Part shown: positions 19,261-28,965 of the stretch, piece after piece | Layout of the letters: the number at the start of each line of letters is the position of its first letter | How positions within the stretch are numbered: the stretch's first letter is position 1 | From: an uncultured virus (IMG/VR IMGVR_UViG_3300020047_006293) | Lineage: Duplodnaviria > Heunggongvirae > Uroviricota > Caudoviricetes | Direction: 5' to 3' (one strand) | Length of the DNA: 64,000 bases | IMG/VR virus record: IMGVR_UViG_3300020047_006293 | Translations under genes and position numbers: made by a program | The notes under the pieces: model-generated | Seen by the model: only the letters and a program-made list of their open reading frames with translations | Told to the model about the DNA's origin: nothing | The model's database searches: none

Positions 19261-20331
19261 TTGGATTACTCTCGACTAGTGACCACCACATCACAATCAG
19301 TCGCGCCATACGTGGTCGACGCAATTCACGGTAGCTCAGTCCTCGTCGGACGTGTTACCGGTGGTAAGAACATGAAACCATGGGACATGGGTATCTACGA
19401 ACGACAGCCAATACAGGTGTCTGAAGTATCGACTGCCGTTGACTTCCAGGGTATCGGTAACTTTAACACCGCTGACAACACGACAGATGTCAACTTGCAG
19501 TGGGAAGCAAAAGGTCTCGGTGACTCAGTCATCATCGGTTACGCAGAACTTGGTCTGAACCAAACTAAGGCTCAGGTCATCAACTTGGTTAAACGCAAAT
19601 TTGACGTCGTCAAAAACTCGTTGATCGCAGCAGCTGGTACTCGTCTTTACGGACTCGGTGCCGGTAGCGCAATCGACGGTCTGCAGTTAATGACGGACGC
19701 TGGTACTTACTCAAGCTCATACGGTGGCCTAAGCCGTACAACTTACGGTACAGCTATCAACGGACAGGTTACACCTGCATCAGCTGGTGTCATCTCATTC
19801 AACAGCCTCGCAGCACAGATCGACCTGTGTAGCGCAGCTGCATCTGGCATGGAAGCAACAAACCTCGTACTGACAACTAAGAGTGTCTGGGCGCTGGTTG
19901 AGAAGCTGGTAGAGTCTAAGAGTCGCGGTAACTACGACACAAGCCGTGGTAACCTCCGTGTTTCACCATACACACCAATGGGTGTTGCGGTTGACGCAAG
20001 TGACGCTGGACGTGCTGGTTACGAAGCTATCTACTTCCGTGGTATCCCAGTTGTGAAAGACGACCAGTGTTCTACTGGCTTGGTCTACACACTGAACGAG
20101 AACTACCTACAGTTCGTAAGCTCGAAGGTTGCTTACTGTGAATCTATCAAGATGAAGCAGACAGTTACCAAGGGTGCGCTTGAAGAAGTTAACACGACTG
20201 CATGGCAAGTATCAACAGAGGCAAAGCCTACCAACGGCCTCGGTGATGTCCGTCAAATCCTCGCTTACGGAAACTTCGTTAACCGAAGCCCATTCCGCAG
20301 CGGTGTTATAACAGGTGTAACAACAACCTAA
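19261..20331 (+). CDS. Major capsid protein
   Basis: 356 aa after the scaffold; YGGLSR and FRGIPVVKD patterns; strong RBS. Confidence 0.8.
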   Translation: MDYSRLVTTTSQSVAPYVVDAIHGSSVLVGRVTGGKNMKPWDMGIYERQPIQVSEVSTAVDFQGIGNFNTADNTTDVNLQWEAKGLGDSVIIGYAELGLNQTKAQVINLVKRKFDVVKNSLIAAAGTRLYGLGAGSAIDGLQLMTDAGTYSSSYGGLSRTTYGTAINGQVTPASAGVISFNSLAAQIDLCSAAASGMEATNLVLTTKSVWALVEKLVESKSRGNYDTSRGNLRVSPYTPMGVAVDASDAGRAGYEAIYFRGIPVVKDDQCSTGLVYTLNENYLQFVSSKVAYCESIKMKQTVTKGALEEVNTTAWQVSTEAKPTNGLGDVRQILAYGNFVNRSPFRSGVITGVTTT

Positions 20332-20356
20332 TCGAAAGGAAAAGAAAGGACATATC

Positions 20357-21091
20357 ATGATCGCAGGATACTCACAAATAAGCCCTACTGACGCTCGCAC
20401 CACGTCTCCAACGAAGAACGGTGTGCTAGTCGGTTCTAAAGCTGTCACCCGTGACGGTAAAGTCTACCGATGGTCACTCAACGGTGCTGTCGCACTTGCA
20501 GAAGGTAAAACTACCACAGGTGTCGCTCGTGTTGCTAACCACACTAACCTAGCGCTCGCATCGACAAGCAACATCGCTGTCGGCTCGACTAAGATTAGTG
20601 TCACCCTTGGTGGTACTGCAGCAACCGCTGACCAGTACGCTGACGGTTACGCAACAGTCATGGACGGTACAGGCGTTGGCCAAAGCTACCTGATCGTTGG
20701 AAACAGCGCTCAGACTAGCACCTCTGGTACGGTAGACCTCTACCTGGCAGAACCAGTCACTGTTGCACTTGTTATCGCTAACACTAAGGTTACGCTTACG
20801 CCTAACCCTAACGCCAACGTGGTTGTTACTCCAGCAGTCGTCACCAACCCAATCGTCGGTGTACCAAACGTACCAGTTGCAGCCGCAAGCTACTTCTGGG
20901 CGCAGACTCGCGGACACGCTAGCGTACTAAGCGATGGTGTCATCACCCGCGGTGCTGGTGCTATCCCATCTGATGCAGTCATCGGTGCAGTAGAGATCGA
21001 AGTTGCAGCTACGGTTACACAGCGAGTCGCTGTTGCCTACGATGCAACGGTTGATACCAAATACTACGGCCTCCAACTATTGGTAGACTAG
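20357..21091 (+). CDS. Capsid cement/decoration-type protein
   Basis: DGKVYRW and YFWAQTRG; position after the capsid gene. Confidence 0.55.
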   Translation: MIAGYSQISPTDARTTSPTKNGVLVGSKAVTRDGKVYRWSLNGAVALAEGKTTTGVARVANHTNLALASTSNIAVGSTKISVTLGGTAATADQYADGYATVMDGTGVGQSYLIVGNSAQTSTSGTVDLYLAEPVTVALVIANTKVTLTPNPNANVVVTPAVVTNPIVGVPNVPVAAASYFWAQTRGHASVLSDGVITRGAGAIPSDAVIGAVEIEVAATVTQRVAVAYDATVDTKYYGLQLLVD

Positions 21092-21092
21092 T

Positions 21093-21560
21093 ATGACCCA
21101 GTTTCAGGAAGATACTAACCCATCTATCAACATCGCTGGTGGACTCTACACCAACAAACCAGCGTCGTTTGGTAGCACAGTAGCTTTTACTGCAGCACCG
21201 ACCGGGCCAACGGTCAGGACTGTTACACAAAGCGCACTTGTTGGTGCAACAGTTGTCCTCACGGCAGCAGATTCAGGTTCAGTACTTGTGAACCGTGCAA
21301 CAAGCGGAAGCCCATCATGGACGCTACCGACTGCTGCTAACGGTCTATGGTTTACCTGGGTCGTTGCTAGTACAACAGCTGGCTTTACGGTCACTGGTGG
21401 TACTATCAAGGCTAAGACAAACGCAGCTGGTACGGCTATTAGCGGTACAACCCTGACGAACACTCAAGGAACAGCAGTTGTCGGTGATACGATCACCCTA
21501 GTATGTGATGGTACAAACTGGCTGATGACAGCACAATCCGGTATCTTTGCGGCTGCCTAG
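21093..21560 (+). CDS. Virion decoration protein; similar to 63108..63527
   Basis: LTAADSG...TLP and VGD shared with the unit 2 gene. Confidence 0.55.
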   Translation: MTQFQEDTNPSINIAGGLYTNKPASFGSTVAFTAAPTGPTVRTVTQSALVGATVVLTAADSGSVLVNRATSGSPSWTLPTAANGLWFTWVVASTTAGFTVTGGTIKAKTNAAGTAISGTTLTNTQGTAVVGDTITLVCDGTNWLMTAQSGIFAAA

Positions 21561-21578
21561 TCGTAACGATTCACGCAG

Positions 21579-21600
21579 AAGACGCCCTATGGCGTCTTTT
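21579..21600 (+). terminator. Intrinsic terminator after the capsid operon
   Basis: aagacgcc-ctat-ggcgtctt followed by a T tract. Confidence 0.7.
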
Positions 21601-21654
21601 GTGTTTGTGGTAAAATAAATCTATCATATAACAGCTACACAGCTAAGGAATCTC

Positions 21655-22287
21655 ATGGAACAACCAGCACGGGTTACGCCAACAACAAGGGACGAGTTCT
21701 ACAAAATATACTGGTTCACGCCACTTCAGATGGTCACACTGATCAATCCAAAGGAAACAGACTATCCTTTCATGGTTGAGATGCGTAACTACGTCGTCAA
21801 GGCTGGTGCGAAAGAGAAGATGCCTGGTACGGTTGCCAACGTATACCTCTCTCAGATGACACGTATTCTCGCACAGGATGAGGACAAGATGCAGTTTTTG
21901 TCTGACTATGCGCTGATGACCCAGTTCTATGACCGTTTGATCGTGAGTGTCGAAAACCTGATCGAGGAGACTAACTCACAGCCAGCCTATATGTCACATG
22001 TACCACCTACAATCGTAGGTGAAGCTCCTGACGTACCACCATGGCAGGAACCAGTAGCAAGCAGTATCCCCCAGACTAACTCGAACATGTCGAATGAGTA
22101 CACGCCAAAAGAAAAAGAGGTAGAGACAGCGCCTACACCACCTGCAGCCGAACCTGGCGAAAAAGAGTTTGAATTAAATGGTGAGAAATATAGGATGCTC
22201 ATCACCAAAGATGACAAGCGCATGTACTACAAAGACGGCAAGCTCACTACCGCCGCTGAATATAACAAAGCCGTGTCAATGCTATGA
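21655..22287 (+). CDS. Hypothetical protein
   Basis: 210 aa ORF with RBS. Confidence 0.65.
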   Translation: MEQPARVTPTTRDEFYKIYWFTPLQMVTLINPKETDYPFMVEMRNYVVKAGAKEKMPGTVANVYLSQMTRILAQDEDKMQFLSDYALMTQFYDRLIVSVENLIEETNSQPAYMSHVPPTIVGEAPDVPPWQEPVASSIPQTNSNMSNEYTPKEKEVETAPTPPAAEPGEKEFELNGEKYRMLITKDDKRMYYKDGKLTTAAEYNKAVSML

Positions 22288-22742
22288 ATGTCAGGGACGA
22301 TGTAGACCAACACATTGGTGCAATCGTTACTATCATTGATAATTTGGACTATCAGGTAGCATCCAAAGAGGTAGAGCTAGAGAAAGTTCAGAATGACATC
22401 ACTAAGGCGCAAGAAGCACATGACAGCCTAGTAAAACAGCTAGCTGAGGAAAAAAAGCACCTGCAAAGTGAGAAATTGATCCTGGAAGACGGCGTAAAAC
22501 CCCTTAGAGCCGAAGTTTTACGCCTGAGAGATGAGATTAACGAGGGTGTAGCTACTAAATCACAGCTCAAAGTTGAAAATGCACGTCTCCACACTAAAAA
22601 CACAGAGTTTAGGGCGTACGAGGCACAGGCTATGAAGATTCTAAAGGCTAAAGAGACCTCTCTGATCGAACGGGAGAACAGCATCCGCCAGCAGGAGAGT
22701 CTTAGGCCACAAAATACTGGCATACTGCCACCTAGGGGCTAA
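22284..22742 (+). CDS. Coiled-coil hypothetical protein
   Basis: Heptad-rich 152 aa ORF. Confidence 0.6.
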   Translation: MNVRDDVDQHIGAIVTIIDNLDYQVASKEVELEKVQNDITKAQEAHDSLVKQLAEEKKHLQSEKLILEDGVKPLRAEVLRLRDEINEGVATKSQLKVENARLHTKNTEFRAYEAQAMKILKAKETSLIERENSIRQQESLRPQNTGILPPRG

Positions 22743-22797
22743 CGGTGGTATACTGTGAGTACCAGCTACACAGCTAATTGTGTAGCCTTTTATTTTT

Positions 22798-23664
22798 ATG
22801 ACAACCAATAAATACACGAGTAACAATACCCCTATACTAGTCGCCGCTAGCAATGCTGATGGTGAAACACCGGTCTATCTTTATGCCGACCCCACAACAC
22901 ACGGCCTCGTTGTTAGCGCTACTATCAGCGCCGCTGGCCTAGCTACCTCTACTATCCAGACTGACGGCACACAGAAGACCCAAATTGTCGATGCTGGTGG
23001 CGAGGTAGCTACAGTCACAGGCGGGAAATTAGATGTCAATGCTACAGCCTCTCTAGCGGGTGTATCAGTTCCTATATCTGGCGCAACCACAGCAGTTGGT
23101 GTTGCCATAGTAGATGGAGCGGGGGATCAGATAACGTCATTTGGTGGCGGTACACAGTACGCGGATGGTGCAGCTAGAGGCACGGCCACAGGCACAATTG
23201 CTATGGGCGATGATGGTACGAATATACAGTCTATCCACGTAGATAGCTCTGGCGACCTACAGGTTGACGTTTTGTCAATGCCTACAACTGCAGTAACTGG
23301 TACCTTTTGGCAAGCAACCCAACCAGTATCACTGGCAAGTGTGCCGAGCCATGCGGTTACTAACGCTGGAACCTTTGCGGTGCAGAACACCGAAGTACAA
23401 GGCTCAACTGGCACTTCGGCCAATGTGACGATGACTGGAGCTGCTGTTACGCTTCAAGCTGCTAACTCAGCGCGTAAAAACGTCATGATCTTTAATGATA
23501 GCGGTGTAGTTGTCTATGTGAAACTTGGATCGTCTGCTACTGCCTCATCGTATACTGTCAAACTTGTAGATCAGGCGTACTATGAGCTTCCTACTCCGGT
23601 ATATACTGGGATAATCACTGCTTTCGGTGCGTCTGGAACCGTTCGAGTAACGGAGGTCGCCTAA
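22798..23664 (+). CDS. Virion structural/fibre-like protein
   Basis: Thr/Gly/Ala-rich; VTGTFWQATQPVS motif typical of phage fibres. Confidence 0.6.
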   Translation: MTTNKYTSNNTPILVAASNADGETPVYLYADPTTHGLVVSATISAAGLATSTIQTDGTQKTQIVDAGGEVATVTGGKLDVNATASLAGVSVPISGATTAVGVAIVDGAGDQITSFGGGTQYADGAARGTATGTIAMGDDGTNIQSIHVDSSGDLQVDVLSMPTTAVTGTFWQATQPVSLASVPSHAVTNAGTFAVQNTEVQGSTGTSANVTMTGAAVTLQAANSARKNVMIFNDSGVVVYVKLGSSATASSYTVKLVDQAYYELPTPVYTGIITAFGASGTVRVTEVA

Positions 23665-23990
23665 TGCCTTTATTCCCACCAGCCTCTAGCGGTAGTGGCA
23701 TCGATGTTACTGTTTCCGGATCGGCCCCATATGTAGGCATGACTGGCCTCGACATTGAGCCAGGTACAGCTGTTACTCTTGATCATAATGAGAGTCCAAC
23801 AGGCACGGCGCAAATAACTATCAACGCAGTGCCGGAAGCAATCGGCATACCTTACGACAACACAACCGTCGGTGTGCTTGCGTCCAATAGCGTGCAAAAT
23901 GCGATAGATGAGCTTGCTACCAAGATAACTGTCGGTACTACTGCCCCAGCTAGCCCAAACATAAACGACCTGTGGGTCGACACTAACTAA
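23664..23990 (+). CDS. Virion structural protein
   Basis: SVQNAIDEL and VGTTAPASPNINDLWVDT motifs. Confidence 0.55.
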   Translation: MPLFPPASSGSGIDVTVSGSAPYVGMTGLDIEPGTAVTLDHNESPTGTAQITINAVPEAIGIPYDNTTVGVLASNSVQNAIDELATKITVGTTAPASPNINDLWVDTN

Positions 23991-23998
23991 GGAGTACT

Positions 23999-25186
23999 AT
24001 GCTATTATTAACTTCAACCTCAGACATCCTAAGAATTACCACAGGGACAGCAACATCAACCATAGAGGTACATGCTTCGTATGTTGATAACAACGCGGGG
24101 ACTATCACTCCAGGACGTACGAACACTCGTATCACGACTGCTGCAACGACAACGATAGTAGCTTCTCCAGGTGCGTCAACACAGCGTAACGTCAAAGGTC
24201 TATATGTGACCAACAACTCTACTGGCACGACTTGTAATGTGGGTATTGAACACTACGACGGTACAAACTCGGTAGAGCTGATGCAGTTTAACCTCCTACC
24301 TGGTGAAAACATGACGTTTAACGAAGATGGCGGTTGGCGACACCGTGACGCGAACGGTGCTGAATACCCTGCTGTTGGGTCTGGTGCATACGATGGTAGA
24401 ACATCTGTGTTTATGAAAACAACTACGGCTTCTGACGCGGTAGGTTACTGGTACTGTTCTGCTAAAGACGCTGGTTTTCCTGGCGCATGGTCGGTTGGTA
24501 CTTCGGGTGTAAACGGACGAGTCACCGATGGCACAGCCGTAGCTGATAATGGCTGTCTTATGATTAAGAACCCTGCTACAGGGGCAAACTACGTCACCGA
24601 AGCTCTCTTAACAGGTAGCGTCAACCACACCCATGTATTTACTGATGTACTATGGGTAAACAACGGGCTTACTGTGACGACAACGACCGCTCAGGCTATT
24701 ACGACCCCTACCCTACCAGCGAGAGATATTAATGGTTCAACGGATGGTGAAGGCTGTATGATTGCGATGCTCTTCACCGCAGCATCTACAAACGCAGCCG
24801 TTATATCAAATACTACGGTTTCATATACTAACTCAGCTGGCACATCTGGGCGCACCGCAACCCTAACTGCGGCGGTTGGCTCACAAATACCAGCAACTCC
24901 TGTTATAGGAACTTTGATATGGTTTAACCTGGCAGCAGGTGATAAGGGAGTGCGCTCTATCCAGTCTGTCACACTTGGTACTTCGCTCGTCACCGGCTCT
25001 GTGTCTCTTATGATTACGAGGGATATATTCACTATCGGCACAACAATTGTCAACATACCAGCCTACAGAAAGATGTCAGACCCAGGTATCAGGATATACA
25101 ACGGGAGCTGTATCATACACACGATGGTTACAAGCGCGACAACTGCCACAGTCATAAATGGTGAAGTAGCCGTTACGGAGAAGTAG
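23999..25186 (+). CDS. Virion structural protein
   Basis: Thr-rich beta protein; YTNSAG...GDKGVRSIQSV pattern. Confidence 0.55.
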   Translation: MLLLTSTSDILRITTGTATSTIEVHASYVDNNAGTITPGRTNTRITTAATTTIVASPGASTQRNVKGLYVTNNSTGTTCNVGIEHYDGTNSVELMQFNLLPGENMTFNEDGGWRHRDANGAEYPAVGSGAYDGRTSVFMKTTTASDAVGYWYCSAKDAGFPGAWSVGTSGVNGRVTDGTAVADNGCLMIKNPATGANYVTEALLTGSVNHTHVFTDVLWVNNGLTVTTTTAQAITTPTLPARDINGSTDGEGCMIAMLFTAASTNAAVISNTTVSYTNSAGTSGRTATLTAAVGSQIPATPVIGTLIWFNLAAGDKGVRSIQSVTLGTSLVTGSVSLMITRDIFTIGTTIVNIPAYRKMSDPGIRIYNGSCIIHTMVTSATTATVINGEVAVTEK

Positions 25187-25188
25187 CC

Positions 25189-25440
25189 GTGGCTACTAAA
25201 ATACTCTATGAAGAAACCTACGATACCCGTGGTTGGTTTGATTCTAACCTTACTCCAAGCGGTTGGTTTGATAGAGACCTATCTGAGACATCAGGTGCCC
25301 CGCCTAGTGTTACGGGGCAGATAAAGGTATATGATGGATCATTTGTAGCAAAGCCAGTAAAGGTGTGGACAGGGGTCTCATGGGAGACGAAACCAGTAAA
25401 GTACTATAACGGGTCTACATGGATGACCACAAACTACTAA
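25189..25440 (+). CDS. Small virion protein
   Basis: KPVKVWTG/KPVKYYNG repeats. Confidence 0.5.
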   Translation: MATKILYEETYDTRGWFDSNLTPSGWFDRDLSETSGAPPSVTGQIKVYDGSFVAKPVKVWTGVSWETKPVKYYNGSTWMTTNY

Positions 25441-25582
25441 AGAGGGCGGGTGTTCACTGGACAGCTGACGCAGAGATCAAAGCCTAGCTATACAATCACT
25501 TCACACCATAGTATAATTACTAACAACGGCTCTCCGGCTAATAGGGGAGCTTTTTGTTTTATAAAAAAGGAGACAAAACTCG

Positions 25583-26181
25583 ATGATCTATATAACTACA
25601 GGTACGACAACGACACTGCCTCAAGCAAACGGCATTCTTGTCCAAGTCAATGCTGCCCTAACAGGTACAATAACAGTTAACGACGGCGGTAGCGCTAGGG
25701 CTGTAATCACAAACCCAACTGTAGGGAGCAGTTTTAGATACTATGGATTCACAGGTGTACCTACAGTAGTTACAAGCACTACTTGTGACGTGACGATAAG
25801 TGTACTGAATACGACGAGGTAATAATGGCAAAGTCCCCGACATTGTGGCTGGATAGGAGCGGTTACAGCACCGTTACCGACGACAATTCGGGTTTTTCGC
25901 TGTTGCTAGAGGATGGGTTCTCATTGCTGCTAGAGAGTGGATATGATCTGCTCCTACAAGACAATGTGGTAACCCCAAAGAACCCTGCAGCCTGGACAGA
26001 CCCAACAAAACTAGCGACCGCCTGGGAAGCCAGAGATGGATATAGCAGAGTTACTGTAGGCGTATCCACTGAACGCGTTACACAGCAAGGAACGACCCGA
26101 GTTACGCAACAGGGCACGACTAGGATCACCGAGGATTCTGAGTTCTCAGCTAAACCATCAACAGTCTGGATTGAATTATGA
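25583..26181 (+). CDS. Two small virion proteins (25583..25822 and 25825..26181)
   Basis: Coupled ORFs; LLLEDG and RVTQQG repeats in the second. Confidence 0.5.
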
Positions 26182-27107
26182 GTGATACTATAACTGACCT
26201 TACATCGCTAACCTCCGGTCAAGTTGACCGGGCTACTGACGTACTGGAAATAGCTGACGTTACAGCAAACCAGAGTAAGAAAATCACCCCAAATGCCCTC
26301 ATGGGTATATCTGGCGCTGCTGTTGGCGACACCGACTCACAGACCCTCACAAACAAAACACTTACTACTCCAACGATCTCTAACCCTGTGCTATCTGGTA
26401 CGGTTACAGGCACCTACACGATAGGTGGAACGCCGACATTTCCAGCAGCTGTGGTTACCTTAACTGGATCACAGACACTCACAAATAAAGTTCTGACTAG
26501 CCCTACGATTAACACGGCCACAATTAGCAACCCTACACTCAACACCGATACCGTTAACGAATTTACCAGTGCTAACGGCGTTACGGTAGATGGCCTAAAT
26601 ATCAAGGACTCAAAGCTCAACACCAACAACTCAGTAGTGACAGCAAACATAACTGATAGTGCAGTGACTACAGTGAAACTAGCGACTGGAGCAGGTGAGC
26701 CAGGCGGCGCGTGGGATACCTGGACTCCATCCTGGACAAATCTAACGGTTGGTAATGGCACGGTCGTTGCGTACTATAAAAAGGTTGGTAGGACAGTATA
26801 CTTTAGGTTAACGCTTACATGGGGGAATACGACCTCAATTAGTGGTCAGGTGACGGTATCCCTACCAGTCACATCTGCCACACTCGTCGCTCGTGACCTT
26901 ATCGCATATGGGGACGTATTTGATGCCTCTGCGACGCAACCTTACTCTATACGAGCGCTGTGGGCAACGACTACGACAATGCAGTGCTGGGTAGACGTAG
27001 CAAATGCGACCTTTGTTAGCCAGAGTGCGCTTAACGCAACGCAGCCTATAACGTGGACAACGAGTGATATATTCCAACTAACTGGATTCTACGAGGCTGC
27101 TTCATAA
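26178..27107 (+). CDS. Tail fibre/receptor-binding protein, paralog 1
   Basis: QTLTNKTLT.PTI repeats; C-terminal YKKVGRTVYFR head domain. Confidence 0.65.
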   Translation: MSDTITDLTSLTSGQVDRATDVLEIADVTANQSKKITPNALMGISGAAVGDTDSQTLTNKTLTTPTISNPVLSGTVTGTYTIGGTPTFPAAVVTLTGSQTLTNKVLTSPTINTATISNPTLNTDTVNEFTSANGVTVDGLNIKDSKLNTNNSVVTANITDSAVTTVKLATGAGEPGGAWDTWTPSWTNLTVGNGTVVAYYKKVGRTVYFRLTLTWGNTTSISGQVTVSLPVTSATLVARDLIAYGDVFDASATQPYSIRALWATTTTMQCWVDVANATFVSQSALNATQPITWTTSDIFQLTGFYEAAS

Positions 27108-28066
27108 TGGCTGATCAAAAACTCTCCGACCTTACATCGATCCCATCTGTTGATCGGGCTACTGGCCTGCTCTATATTGTCGACGCACCAGGAAATGCCT
27201 ACTATAAAGTTACACCGAATAGTCTCCTTGGGATTACAGGTGACCCAGTTGGCCACACCGATACCCAGACTCTGAGCAATAAGACAATTACAGCCCCCAC
27301 AATTTCTAGTCCAGTCCTCAGCGGCACAATCACCGGAACATACACTATTGGCGGTACGCCTACGTTCCCATCTAGCGTCGTGACTCTCACAGGCGCACAG
27401 ACTTTGACCAACAAGATACTAACTTCACCTACGATAAACACACCTACGATAAATAACCCTTCTCTAAATACTGACGCGATCAACGAGTTTACTGCAGCTA
27501 ATGGTGTAAATATCGACGGTTTGAGCATAAAAGACTCGAAACTAAACACCAACGATAGTGTCGTGACGGCGAATATTACAAACAGTGCAGTTACCTATGC
27601 AAAAGTAGCTACTGGATTTCCGGTACAGGTTGTATCAACAACATCATCGGCATTTTCATCAGGTACAACGATTATACCGCTAGATGATACCATCCCTCAG
27701 ATAACCGAGGGAGATGAATATATGACGCTGGCTATAACCCCAAAAAGCTCGACTAATACACTAGTTATACAAGTAGTGGCGGCCCTAGCAAATGCAACGG
27801 CTGGAGGCAATATGCAAGGCGCTATTTTCCAAGACTCAACAGCCAACGCTCTGGCAGCTACAAGTGTTCGATTTGTTGGTGCAAGCGATAGTATGGTTCT
27901 TCCGTTGACTCATTCAATGACTGCCGGTACAACCTCTGCTACCACATTTAGATTTAGGGCAGGAACAAATGTTGGCGGTACTACAACCTTTAACGGTCGA
28001 GCTGGTAGTAGGTTGTTTGGTGCCATAACAAAGTCAACCATAGTTATAACAGAGATAAAGGCGTAA
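27107..28066 (+). CDS. Tail fibre/receptor-binding protein, paralog 2
   Basis: N-terminal half highly similar to paralog 1; different C-terminus (ITPKSSTN...ITEI). Confidence 0.65.
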   Translation: MADQKLSDLTSIPSVDRATGLLYIVDAPGNAYYKVTPNSLLGITGDPVGHTDTQTLSNKTITAPTISSPVLSGTITGTYTIGGTPTFPSSVVTLTGAQTLTNKILTSPTINTPTINNPSLNTDAINEFTAANGVNIDGLSIKDSKLNTNDSVVTANITNSAVTYAKVATGFPVQVVSTTSSAFSSGTTIIPLDDTIPQITEGDEYMTLAITPKSSTNTLVIQVVAALANATAGGNMQGAIFQDSTANALAATSVRFVGASDSMVLPLTHSMTAGTTSATTFRFRAGTNVGGTTTFNGRAGSRLFGAITKSTIVITEIKA

Positions 28067-28068
28067 CA

Positions 28069-28965
28069 ATGAAAATCACATATACAGACATGCAAAACAT
28101 AGCTACCGAAGTCATCGGCCTTACTGACGCTGTTACACTGACAAAGATCAAGCGCGATCTAAACATCGGTGCGACTATGTTCCTAGCTGTCCTTGCTCGT
28201 GAATACAACCGTAAGTCCCGATTTACTGACCTCGTAGCTAACCAGCAGTTCTACCAGATGCCCGAAGACGCCCACAAACTAAAAGAAGTGGTAGCTAGTT
28301 CTGGTGGATGGGACATGCCGCTAGAGCAAATCCCTGATGAACACGCATGGCGTATGCTCAACATGACTAATAATGTTGGCCAACCAACTTACTATTTCCT
28401 CAAGGGTTACGACGAAATAGGACTCTACCCTATACCTGGGGCTGACATAACTAGCGGTCTAGAGTTAGTGTTCTCGCCAACGCACGTGCAGCTCACACAA
28501 GCAGATTACACCACAGGCACACTAACGGTCACAAATGCGTCACAAACTGTCACAGGAGCCTCTACGACGTTTACAGCGAATATGCAGGGTCAATGGCTGC
28601 AGGTGACTGATGGAACTGACGGCAACTGGTATCGTATATCAGAGGTGACTAGCGCCACTGTGTTGGTGTTAGAAAACTACTACCAAGGTTACAGCGGTTC
28701 AGGGAAAGCATATCGCATAGGCCAGGTTGTTGACGTACCAGAAGAATACCAAGAGGCACCATCAGACTACGCCTGTTATCGATACTACCTACGACGCGAC
28801 CCAAATAAGGCAGCCGTGTTCAAGACATTATTTGACAACGCTGTTCAAGAAGCTAGGGAAAAGTACGGCGAGACAACCGATAACTCGATTATCTTCGCCG
28901 AGACACAGTATCGACCATATAACCCATTCCGAGGAGATCCGCCTCCAGGAGGGATTAGCGCCTAA
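28069..28965 (+). CDS. Head-tail adaptor-like protein with an inserted beta domain
   Basis: NQQFYQMPED, GLYPIP and VPEEYQEA patterns; gene position. Confidence 0.55.
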   Translation: MKITYTDMQNIATEVIGLTDAVTLTKIKRDLNIGATMFLAVLAREYNRKSRFTDLVANQQFYQMPEDAHKLKEVVASSGGWDMPLEQIPDEHAWRMLNMTNNVGQPTYYFLKGYDEIGLYPIPGADITSGLELVFSPTHVQLTQADYTTGTLTVTNASQTVTGASTTFTANMQGQWLQVTDGTDGNWYRISEVTSATVLVLENYYQGYSGSGKAYRIGQVVDVPEEYQEAPSDYACYRYYLRRDPNKAAVFKTLFDNAVQEAREKYGETTDNSIIFAETQYRPYNPFRGDPPPGGISA

